A stretch of 35,802 nucleotides of DNA, from the NCBI GenBank assembly GCA_003331565.1, contig QOPE01000003.1, positions 1 through 35,802 on the forward strand. The letters are read 5' to 3'. Positions 28,364 through 35,802 of this stretch are shown piece by piece. The stretch is from SAR86 cluster bacterium (GTDB lineage: Bacteria > Pseudomonadota > Gammaproteobacteria > Magnimaribacterales > D2472). Position numbers and translations under genes: made by a program. Position 1 is the first letter of the stretch. Each line of letters starts with the position of its first letter. The notes beneath the pieces are model-generated. The model searched no databases, had not been told where the DNA came from, and saw only the letters and a program-made list of their open reading frames with translations.

Positions 28364-30340
28364 CTAAATGCTTAGTAATGGAGCAATAACTAAGCTGACA
28401 ATTGCCATTACATTAATAAGAATATTCATTGATGGGCCTGAGGTATCCTTAAACGGATCTCCTACAGTATCTCCAACAACTGCAGCTGCATGAGTATCAG
28501 ATCCTTTTCCACCGAAATTTCCCTTTTCAACAAATTTCTTTGCATTATCCCAAGCACCTCCGGCATTAGCCATCATTAATGCCAAGGAAACACAACCCAG
28601 CAAACCTCCAGCCAACATTCCACCTAAGGCTTGTGCGCCAAGGCCAAACCCTACTATTGCTGGCATAGAAACAGCAATGACACCAGGAAGCATCATTTTC
28701 TTAAGAGCTGCTGTTGTAGCAATTTCAACACATTTTTCTGAATCAGGATCTGCTTTGCCTTCCATCAAACCTTTTATTTCTTTAAATTGTCTTCTTATTT
28801 CATTAATCATTTCAAATGCTGCGTCACCCACTGCGGTCATAGTAATTGAAGAGACCAAAAAGGGAATGCATGCACCAATGAACATGCCAACAAGAACAAT
28901 TGGATCAGAGAGTGAAAGTGAGAATTCAGGATTATTTGCAGTTACAACAGCTGAAAAAGCAGAAATAATTGCAAGAGCCGCCAAAGCAGCTGCTCCAATT
29001 GCAAACCCTTTTCCAATAGCAGCAGTCGTATTACCTAATTCATCCAACGAATCAGTGATATCTCTTACTTTTTTGCCCATGCCTGACATTTCAGCAATTC
29101 CACCGGCATTGTCCGCAACAGGTCCATAAGCATCAATTGCCATGGTAATACCAACAGTTGCTAGCATGCCAACTGCGGCAATACCAACACCATAAACGTC
29201 AGCAAGACTAGTTGATACGAATATAATAGTTGCGAGAATTGCGATTGGAATTACAACTGACTGCATGCCCACTGAAAGCCCTGAAATCATGACTGTTGCT
29301 GATCCAGTTTCTCCTGACTTAGCTATCTTTTCAACTGGCTTTCCGCCTGTGTAGTACTCAGTAATTAATCCGATCAATACTCCGCCTACAGCTCCAGCGA
29401 TAACACACCACCAAACATTCATATCTACACCAGGAATTGAATCTATTAAAAAATAAGCCATGGCAACAAAAATTACTGGAGCCAATAAGGTTCCAGATCT
29501 AAGCGCACTAGCTGGTGCTTTAGCAGATTGAAGCTTGACGATAAAAATTCCAATAATTGAAGCTATAAGTCCAGCTGAGGCCAAAGCCAATGGCAACATC
29601 ATCATATCTTCTGAGCCTAATGTATAAGCTATTGCTATAGAGGCAATCATGGAACCACAATAGGATTCAAAAATATCAGACCCCATTCCGGCAACATCAC
29701 CAACATTATCACCAACATTGTCAGCAATAACACCAGGGTTTCTTGGATCATCTTCAGGTATCCCAGCTTCAATTTTACCCACTAAATCTGCACCCACGTC
29801 AGCGCTCTTAGTAAAGATTCCCCCGCCGACCCTAGAAAATAATGCGACCACTGATGCACCCATACCAAAGCCTTCTAGTGCATGAACATGATTTGCAGGA
29901 ACAAAAAAGTAATAAAGGGCGCCAAGACCAATCAAACCTAAGGATGCTACACACAAGCCCATCACTGAGCCCCCATAAAACGATACTGACAATGCAGCAG
30001 CTGCTCCTTCTTTTTTAGCAGCTGTGGCTGTTCTAACATTTGCTTTAGTAGCTGCGTACATACCTATAAAACCAGCAAGTGAAGAACACGCAGCGCCAAC
30101 TATTACAGCGATTGCAGAATACATTCCAAGCCCAAGCCATACTAAGCCAACAAGGATCACAATGAAGATCAGTAAATATTTATACTCAGTTTTCATAAAT
30201 GCTAGGGCACCTGAGTGGATTTGATCCCCAATTTTTTTAACTTTTTTCTCTCCATCTGGATACTGCATTACTAAAAGGTATACGACGAAGGCTGCAATAA
30301 GACCAACGATTCCAAGCACTGGAGGTATTAGTGTATTCAT
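28364..30340 (-). CDS. hppA: Membrane-integral pyrophosphatase, K+-dependent, probably Na+-translocating
   Basis: [47 protein letters not shown] (Ala/Gly = K+-dependent), DIFES and [10 protein letters not shown] motifs. Confidence 0.96.
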   Translation of the reverse strand: MNTLIPPVLGIVGLIAAFVVYLLVMQYPDGEKKVKKIGDQIHSGALAFMKTEYKYLLIFIVILVGLVWLGLGMYSAIAVIVGAACSSLAGFIGMYAATKANVRTATAAKKEGAAAALSVSFYGGSVMGLCVASLGLIGLGALYYFFVPANHVHALEGFGMGASVVALFSRVGGGIFTKSADVGADLVGKIEAGIPEDDPRNPGVIADNVGDNVGDVAGMGSDIFESYCGSMIASIAIAYTLGSEDMMMLPLALASAGLIASIIGIFIVKLQSAKAPASALRSGTLLAPVIFVAMAYFLIDSIPGVDMNVWWCVIAGAVGGVLIGLITEYYTGGKPVEKIAKSGETGSATVMISGLSVGMQSVVIPIAILATIIFVSTSLADVYGVGIAAVGMLATVGITMAIDAYGPVADNAGGIAEMSGMGKKVRDITDSLDELGNTTAAIGKGFAIGAAALAALAIISAFSAVVTANNPEFSLSLSDPIVLVGMFIGACIPFLVSSITMTAVGDAAFEMINEIRRQFKEIKGLMEGKADPDSEKCVEIATTAALKKMMLPGVIAVSMPAIVGFGLGAQALGGMLAGGLLGCVSLALMMANAGGAWDNAKKFVEKGNFGGKGSDTHAAAVVGDTVGDPFKDTSGPSMNILINVMAIVSLVIAPLLSI

Positions 30341-30365
30341 GAATGGTTCTCCCTAAAAGTGGCAA

Positions 30366-30374
30366 ATTTTAACA
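30366..30374 (-). promoter_or_regulatory. Putative extended -10 promoter of hppA
   Basis: Minus strand TGTTAAAAT (TGn-TAAAAT), upstream of a GGGAGA SD and the ATG at 30340. Confidence 0.4.
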
Positions 30375-30396
30375 AAATATCCCTTAAAAATGTTAA

Positions 30397-31653
30397 TTAG
30401 TTTTGCAGAATTGCCTTCTCATCTAGTTTATTTTCAGACCTTGCTACGATACAAGCAACGGTTGCGTCACCAGAAATGTTTACTGCCGTTCTGATCATAT
30501 CCAAAACTCTATCAACAGCAAGAATAATTCCAATGGCTTCTAAGGGAAGATTGAACTGCTGAAGAATGATTACTAAAGTGATAATGCCAGCTGATGGAAC
30601 AGCTGCAGTACCTATTGAAGTGGCTACAGCTAATAAGACAATTTGAATGTATTGAAATAAAGTTAAGTCAATCCCAGAGATTTGTGCAATAAATACGGTT
30701 GCTAGGCCTTGCATGATAGCGGTGCCATCCATATTTATCGTTGCTCCAACAGGAACAACAAACGATGCTACATTCTTATCCACACCCAAATCCTGTGAAA
30801 CTGTTTTTAATGTAACTGGAATGGTGGCAGCACTTGATGATGTTGAAAAAGCAAACAAAATGGGCTCTTTCATTTTCTTAAAGAAAGCAATGGGGTTAAT
30901 TTTTGCTAAATACTTAAGAAATAAAGAGTAAGTAAATAGTGCGTGAAAAATCAGTAATGAGATTAAAAGAGCAACATAAATAAATACATCTTGAAAAATA
31001 TCTAGACCATCAGTAATTACAAATCTTCCAATCAAACAAAAAACACCTATTGGTGCAAAAGACATAATCATGATGACCAGCTGCATAAATACGGTGTTAA
31101 GTTTTTCAAAAGCACTGCTTAGATTCCCGGTCAGATGATTGGTCTTATTTAATGCTATGCCAAATAAAATACTAAAAAAGACTATTGCCAGCATTTGATT
31201 TTCGACAAAGGCTTGAAAAATGTTCTTTGGAAATATGCCTACGATTGTGTCATACAGTGACTGACCTCCCGGAAGAGATTCAATGCTTGTTGGCATTGCA
31301 GCAGCATAACCAGCACCAGGTTGAAAAATTGCTCCAACAAGTAATGCTGTGCTTACAGCTATAGCTGTAGTCAATAAATAAAGTCCGATGGTTTTTAAAG
31401 ATATTGACCCGAGTGTACTGGTATCTGAGAGTGATGAAATGCCAGAGACAAGTGAGAAAAAAACCAATGGCACTACCAAGAGCTTTAATAGATTTAGAAA
31501 AATGTCACCGCCTAAGTTAAAAATATATTGAGCAACAAAACTCTTTAAGTCTTCGGATATAAAAGAGGAATAATAAAAAAAACTAGCAACCAAAAAACCA
31601 AACAGCAATCCTAAAAGAATATTTCTGGTTAGGTTTTTTGGAGTTTCAATCAT
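30397..31653 (-). CDS. Dicarboxylate/amino acid:cation symporter (DAACS, GltP/GltT family), likely Na+-coupled Glu/Asp
   Basis: [30 protein letters not shown] and [15 protein letters not shown] motifs. Confidence 0.93.
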   Translation of the reverse strand: MIETPKNLTRNILLGLLFGFLVASFFYYSSFISEDLKSFVAQYIFNLGGDIFLNLLKLLVVPLVFFSLVSGISSLSDTSTLGSISLKTIGLYLLTTAIAVSTALLVGAIFQPGAGYAAAMPTSIESLPGGQSLYDTIVGIFPKNIFQAFVENQMLAIVFFSILFGIALNKTNHLTGNLSSAFEKLNTVFMQLVIMIMSFAPIGVFCLIGRFVITDGLDIFQDVFIYVALLISLLIFHALFTYSLFLKYLAKINPIAFFKKMKEPILFAFSTSSSAATIPVTLKTVSQDLGVDKNVASFVVPVGATINMDGTAIMQGLATVFIAQISGIDLTLFQYIQIVLLAVATSIGTAAVPSAGIITLVIILQQFNLPLEAIGIILAVDRVLDMIRTAVNISGDATVACIVARSENKLDEKAILQN

Positions 31654-31820
31654 ATTTCAACCATTTCAAAATCTTCTTTCCCTACACCGCAATCTGGGCA
31701 AAGCCAATCAGAAGGAACATCCTCCCATCTTGTACCTGGTTCGATCCCATCATCTGGCCACCCCTGCTCTTCGTCATAAATTAGGCCACAAACAATGCAT
31801 TCCCATTTCTTAAATTCCAT
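31650..31820 (-). CDS. rubA: Rubredoxin (56 aa)
   Basis: Not in the ORF track. Manual translation [56 protein letters not shown]; two CxxCG motifs; AAGGA SD; stop overlaps the symporter start (ATGA). Confidence 0.96.
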   Translation of the reverse strand: MEFKKWECIVCGLIYDEEQGWPDDGIEPGTRWEDVPSDWLCPDCGVGKEDFEMVEI

Positions 31821-31883
31821 AGTCAATCCTTAAGTATTTGAAAAAATAAGCAGGCTATAATATCAGTTTAACTGAATGAATTC

Positions 31884-32372
31884 ATGCATCCTAAACGAAT
31901 CTCAAAATGGGTACTTAAGCCTTTTGTCTATTTTATGGGTAGCAATAATATTCAGAGAGCTTGGCTCTTTGAACCTAATTCAATCACCGAAAGAATCAAA
32001 CGCAATCATTCATTTGAGCTTGAGCTAGTGAGTGAGCAAATCGAGGAATTAGATCATCTGGATAAAAGGATTGTTGGCATTGCTAAAAATGAGTCGATGG
32101 TTCGAAGAGTTAAACTCTTTGGAGATAAAAAAGAATTAGTTTTTGGCGAGAGCATTATCCCTCAAGAAACAAAAGAGCATGGCTTTGCTGGACTTAAAAA
32201 CCTTGGCTCTAAACCATTAGGTGATCTAATTTTTACCAGCAAGAAATTTAAGAGAATGCGAGTTTTATTTGCAAAATTTGAATTCAATAATAAAAAATAC
32301 TGGGGAAGAATAACTGTTTTCAGGGTGAATAGTTATCCAATGTCAATTAAGGAGATTTTTATAATTGATTAA
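31884..32372 (+). CDS. ubiC: Chorismate pyruvate-lyase
   Basis: WL....SIT.R, R.V.L, SIIP, LGSKPLG..IF, WGR and E.F motifs; directly upstream of ubiA. Confidence 0.8.
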   Translation: MHPKRISKWVLKPFVYFMGSNNIQRAWLFEPNSITERIKRNHSFELELVSEQIEELDHLDKRIVGIAKNESMVRRVKLFGDKKELVFGESIIPQETKEHGFAGLKNLGSKPLGDLIFTSKKFKRMRVLFAKFEFNNKKYWGRITVFRVNSYPMSIKEIFIID

Positions 32373-33207
32373 ATTTATAAAAGGCTCAATAGCTCTTTGT
32401 AGGCTTGATAAACCTATTGGGATTTATCTTATTTTTTGGCCTGCACTGGCAGCAGCAGTTATTTCAACCGACGTAATTTCAAACCTTAATGTTTTGGCAA
32501 TTATTATGATTGGAAGCATTTTAGTAAGGTCAATTGGTTGTGTAATAAACGATATCTTTGACAAAGACATTGATAGCAAGGTTGAAAGAACAAAATCTAG
32601 GCCCCTTGCATCTGGTCAGCTAACAACTTCAGAAGGATGGATTATCTTTTTGATTTTAGCCATATGCATCTTAGCCCTATTGGTCCAAACAAACCTTCAA
32701 ACCATTATTGTCAGTTCCATTTTTGGATGCATGATTATTCTATATCCTTTGATGAAGCGTTTTTTTCTGGGTCCCCAATTATTCTTAGGGATTACATTTA
32801 ATCCTATTTTTATAGTGCATGCCATAACTGAATCGATAACTTTAGGATCATTCATATTCTTCTTTGCAATCTTCTGCTGGGTTGTTGCTTACGATACTTA
32901 CTATGGCTTATGTGACATCGAGGATGATAAACAATTAGGTATAAAATCCACTCCTCTTTGGTGGAAAGCTAGAACTCAAAACTTGATATTTGTATTCCAG
33001 TTTCTGTTTGTAATATCGATTTATTTCGTAGGAGATTTTTATGCCTTCTCAAACTATTGGATACTTGGGCTTACGATAATTAGTTTATTTTTTGTTTATC
33101 AATCGCATCTTGCAAAAAATAATGAGTACCTTTCTGCTTTTAAAAATAATAACTTAGTAGGCATGATCTTATGCCTATTTTTATTCATAGAAGTTCATTT
33201 TATCTAA
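32365..33207 (+). CDS. ubiA: 4-hydroxybenzoate polyprenyltransferase
   Basis: RLDKPIG, GCVINDIFD..ID..VERT..RPLASG, YP.MKR and YDT.Y...D.EDD motifs. Confidence 0.95.
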   Translation: MIKFIKGSIALCRLDKPIGIYLIFWPALAAAVISTDVISNLNVLAIIMIGSILVRSIGCVINDIFDKDIDSKVERTKSRPLASGQLTTSEGWIIFLILAICILALLVQTNLQTIIVSSIFGCMIILYPLMKRFFLGPQLFLGITFNPIFIVHAITESITLGSFIFFFAIFCWVVAYDTYYGLCDIEDDKQLGIKSTPLWWKARTQNLIFVFQFLFVISIYFVGDFYAFSNYWILGLTIISLFFVYQSHLAKNNEYLSAFKNNNLVGMILCLFLFIEVHFI

Positions 33208-34325
33208 TGAGTTTTGTAGATGGATTTTCAGATCAACTGAAAAAAGAGTTAAAGGATTACACTCCAAAGAATCCATTTGAGACATACGAATATTACCAAT
33301 GTCTTGAGAACAGCGGATGTGCATCTGAGAATTCTGGATGGCAACCACACCATAACTTACAAGTTTCTGTTGATGGAAATTTAATTATTCCTATTTATAA
33401 AAAAACTAATAGCTATGGAGAATTTATTTTTGATTACTCCTGGGCTAACGCCTTTGCTAGATACGGCATTGAATACTATCCAAAACTAGTTTCATCAGTA
33501 CCTTTCACTCCCTGTCATAGCTCAAAATTAATTGGAAATACCAAACTGCTTGGGGATGCTATTGCAGAAGTAGAAAATTTTATGTCATCAGACGGCATTC
33601 AGTCTTGGCATATCTTATTTCCATCTGATGAAGACTTACTCAAACTTGAAAATCATGGATTTATTAAAAGATTTGGCTATCGGTATGTTTGGAAGAATTA
33701 TGACTATGAATCATTTTCAGACTACCTTGCGAGGTTTAAATCTCGACAAAGAAAAAATATTCTTAAAGAAAGAAAAAGTATCAAAGATGAAAAAATTGAG
33801 TTTGAGATCTTTTCGGGCAGCTCTATCAATGAGGATGCATGGCAAAAACTTTACAGCTTTTACTGTCAAACTTATTTTGATAGAGGTCAAAGGCCTTATT
33901 TGAACCTCCAATTTTTTAAGATGATTGCTGATAAAAAAGAAATAAAGCCAGTTATTTTTTTTGCAAAGTACAAAGATGATTTTGTTGGGGCTTCATTATG
34001 CTTTGAGGGAAAAGATACATTATATGGAAGGCATTGGGGCTCAAATATTTTGCTAAAAAACTTACACTTCGAAGCCTGCTACTATCAAGGAATTGAATAC
34101 TGTATCAATAATGGCATCTCGTACTTTGATCCAGGCATACAAGGCGAGCATAAACTAAGAAGAGGTTTTGAGGTTTCAAAAAAAGTTTCAATGCATATGA
34201 TTTCTAACAAAGATTTTAGGGATGCAATAGCTTCGTTTTGCAAAGATGAAGAGAGTGAAATCAATAGGTATATAGAATCTTGTAAAGCCTATACTCCTTT
34301 TAATATTGATTATAGAATTGAGTAA
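33207..34325 (+). CDS. DUF482 / FemAB-like GNAT-fold protein
   Basis: LE.SG, GW.P.H, SYGEFIFD..WA, YYPKL...PFTP, LYGRHWG, LHFEACYYQ and QGEHKL.RGF motifs; start reassigned to ATG 33207 (TAATG overlap). Confidence 0.88.
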   Translation: MSFVDGFSDQLKKELKDYTPKNPFETYEYYQCLENSGCASENSGWQPHHNLQVSVDGNLIIPIYKKTNSYGEFIFDYSWANAFARYGIEYYPKLVSSVPFTPCHSSKLIGNTKLLGDAIAEVENFMSSDGIQSWHILFPSDEDLLKLENHGFIKRFGYRYVWKNYDYESFSDYLARFKSRQRKNILKERKSIKDEKIEFEIFSGSSINEDAWQKLYSFYCQTYFDRGQRPYLNLQFFKMIADKKEIKPVIFFAKYKDDFVGASLCFEGKDTLYGRHWGSNILLKNLHFEACYYQGIEYCINNGISYFDPGIQGEHKLRRGFEVSKKVSMHMISNKDFRDAIASFCKDEESEINRYIESCKAYTPFNIDYRIE

Positions 34326-34735
34326 TGAATAAACTGAGTAAAACATCGCATCATCTAAGTGTTTGCTCAGCTAACTATCGAAGAATAAGAAAAATTCTTC
34401 CAGGCTTTGCTAAACAAGAATATAAATTTTTGCTTGACGAAACAGATGTTACTGCAAGCTTTAAAATTATTGATAAACAAAATCATACACTTTTAATTGA
34501 ATCAGCTCAGTCTACTTCTAACTCAATAATGGAGTTTAAATTTAGATTACAAATCTTCTTAGATGCAAGACTTGCAGAGGTTGTTTCATTCCAGAATGAG
34601 AAGCCAGTTCCATTCTATGTAAGCAAACCTCGATCTCAATCATTGGATGAGAAATATCAACAGAACCGTATGCTGTGTGAGTGGCTGGAATATATTCTGC
34701 TTAAAGGGAGGGTTAAATCTGATTTTCTTCCATGA
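34325..34735 (+). CDS. DUF1249 (YqiB-like) protein
   Basis: C.ANY.R...LP, DARLAEV and DEKYQ.N..L.EWL motifs; upstream of yqiA. Confidence 0.8.
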   Translation: MNKLSKTSHHLSVCSANYRRIRKILPGFAKQEYKFLLDETDVTASFKIIDKQNHTLLIESAQSTSNSIMEFKFRLQIFLDARLAEVVSFQNEKPVPFYVSKPRSQSLDEKYQQNRMLCEWLEYILLKGRVKSDFLP

Positions 34736-35313
34736 AGAATATCTTATACCTACATGGATTTGCATCTTCGTCTGATTCCACAAAAGCTAAGCTTTTCAAA
34801 GAGTTCGTTAACTCACATAAAAATCTCAATGTTCTAACGCCAGATCTTCCAAATAATCTAATAGGTTGGTCAAGCCTTATTGAGGAATTGTGTGAAAGGC
34901 ACAATCCTGTTGCTTTTATCGGCAGCTCAATGGGTGGATTCTATTCAACTTTCTTTGCAAGAAAGTTGGGTGCTATGGATGTTCTTTTAAATCCTGCTGT
35001 TTTGCCAGCAGAGGGCATGAAAAGTTATCTTGGAAAAAATAATAACTATGCAACAGGTGAAGAATTCGTAATGAAGAATGATGAAATAGAGCACCTTAAA
35101 TTGATGGAAAAAAAGATTAAAAAAAATAACTATGCTAACGACAGGACAATGGTCTTATTGGAATCAGGCGATGAAGTTCTTAATTACAAAGAGGCAGTTA
35201 GTTTCTATTCGGGTGCACATATTAAAATTATTTCTGGTGGCAGTCATTCGTTAGAGAGTTTCAGTGATTATCTAGATTTAATATTGAAATTCATTATTTT
35301 TGCACTAAAATAG
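34732..35313 (+). CDS. yqiA: YqiA/UPF0227 alpha/beta-hydrolase esterase
   Basis: LYLHGF.SS..S.KA, GSSMGGF, LLNPAV, GDEVL.Y and GGSH motifs. Confidence 0.9.
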   Translation: MKNILYLHGFASSSDSTKAKLFKEFVNSHKNLNVLTPDLPNNLIGWSSLIEELCERHNPVAFIGSSMGGFYSTFFARKLGAMDVLLNPAVLPAEGMKSYLGKNNNYATGEEFVMKNDEIEHLKLMEKKIKKNNYANDRTMVLLESGDEVLNYKEAVSFYSGAHIKIISGGSHSLESFSDYLDLILKFIIFALK

Positions 35314-35317
35314 TGCA
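35301..35317. promoter_or_regulatory. NtrC-type enhancer binding site
   Basis: TGCAC-TAAAATA-GTGCA matches TGCAC-N7-GTGCA; weaker copies at 35331-35347 (TGCACAAATATATGGCA) and 35353-35369 (TGACCAATATTAGTGCA). Confidence 0.8.
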
Positions 35318-35376
35318 ATTTATTGTATAATGCACAAATATATGGCATTTAATGACCAATATTAGTGCAAAATGTA

Positions 35377-35392
35377 TGGCACATAGATTGCA
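35377..35392 (+). promoter_or_regulatory. sigma54 (-24/-12) promoter of the glutamine synthetase gene
   Basis: TGGCAC-ATAGA-TTGCA, exact TGGCAC-N5-TTGCW consensus; AAGGAG SD at about 35424-35429. Confidence 0.88.
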
Positions 35393-35435
35393 TAATATTT
35401 ATTAGTTATTTAGTTAATTCTATAAGGAGAATATT

Positions 35436-35802
35436 ATGAATACATATGAATATATTTGGCTAGATGGATACACTCCTGAAGCAAATATGCGAAGTAAAGT
35501 AAAAGCTACCGATGAAGATACAGCTCCTGATTGGTCTTTTGATGGTTCGTCAACGCAACAAGCAGAAGGAGGAAGTTCAGATTGTCTTCTCCTACCTGTT
35601 CAAACTTATGAAAACTCTAATGGGCATGACTTAGTAATGACTCAGGTTCAGTCGGCAGATCATACTACTCACCCATCTAATTTTAGAGCTGCAGCTGCGG
35701 AGGTGGTTACAGATGAGTGGTGGTTTGGGTTCGAGCAAGAATTTTTCTTTACTGATCCAAATACAGGAGAGCCTTTAGGTTGGGAAGACGGAACTCCCAA
35801 AG
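35436..35802 (+). CDS. glnII: Glutamine synthetase type II, 3'-truncated by the window edge
   Basis: Not in the ORF track. Manual translation MNTYEYIWLDGYTPEANMRSKVK...WSFDGSSTQQAEGGSSDCLLLP...HPSNFR...WFGFEQEF...PLGW; these motifs are GSII-type rather than GSI-type. Confidence 0.9.
   Translation, partial: MNTYEYIWLDGYTPEANMRSKVKATDEDTAPDWSFDGSSTQQAEGGSSDCLLLPVQTYENSNGHDLVMTQVQSADHTTHPSNFRAAAAEVVTDEWWFGFEQEFFFTDPNTGEPLGWEDGTPK

Noticed and set aside
28677-30931. Antisense ORFs in hppA and the symporter (28677-29129, 30024-30224, 30713-30931)
   Set aside because: Open antisense frames are expected opposite Ala/Gly/Ile-rich membrane protein genes.
33628-34904. ORFs 33628-33903, 33717-33911 and 34713-34904
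   Set aside because: Nested in supported genes; no independent evidence.
1-35802. CRISPR arrays, tRNA/rRNA, riboswitches (e.g. FMN before ribC), IS or prophage, defence systems
   Set aside because: No repeat-spacer pattern, integrase or transposase seen; intergenic gaps are at most about 120 nt, and ribC directly abuts pyrE. A covariance-model search was not possible.

Overview
AT-rich, extremely compact chromosomal segment of a streamlined gammaproteobacterium. Gene content, near-absent intergenic DNA and loss of neighbouring accessory genes suggest a marine oligotroph such as SAR86; that assignment is inference. It is mostly housekeeping: rpe, murU-amgK, lptD-surA-pdxA-rsmA-apaH-cca-folM, folK-folB-tsaD, rpsU-yqeY, rph-pyrE-ribC, pyrB-ridA-spoT-rpoZ-gmk-yicC, recG, a membrane pyrophosphatase, a DAACS symporter, ubiC-ubiA, DUF482, DUF1249 and yqiA. 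Three CDSs missing from the ORF track were read from the sequence: a DUF192 protein (1..360, -, truncated), a rubredoxin (31650..31820, -) and a type II glutamine synthetase (35436..end, +) behind a consensus sigma54 promoter with NtrC boxes. No rRNA, tRNA, CRISPR array, mobile element or defence system was seen. Best leads: an exported active plus metal-ligand-less amidohydrolase pair; inserted lipid-catabolism-type genes (HSDL2-like SDR, GST-kappa, ACAD10/11-like kinase) with a palindrome between the first two; a Na+-type PPase lacking the gate lysine; altered SpoT synthetase motifs; complementary ribosome-binding sites flanking rpoZ; and several leaderless-looking starts. No clearly novel multi-gene system is proven.
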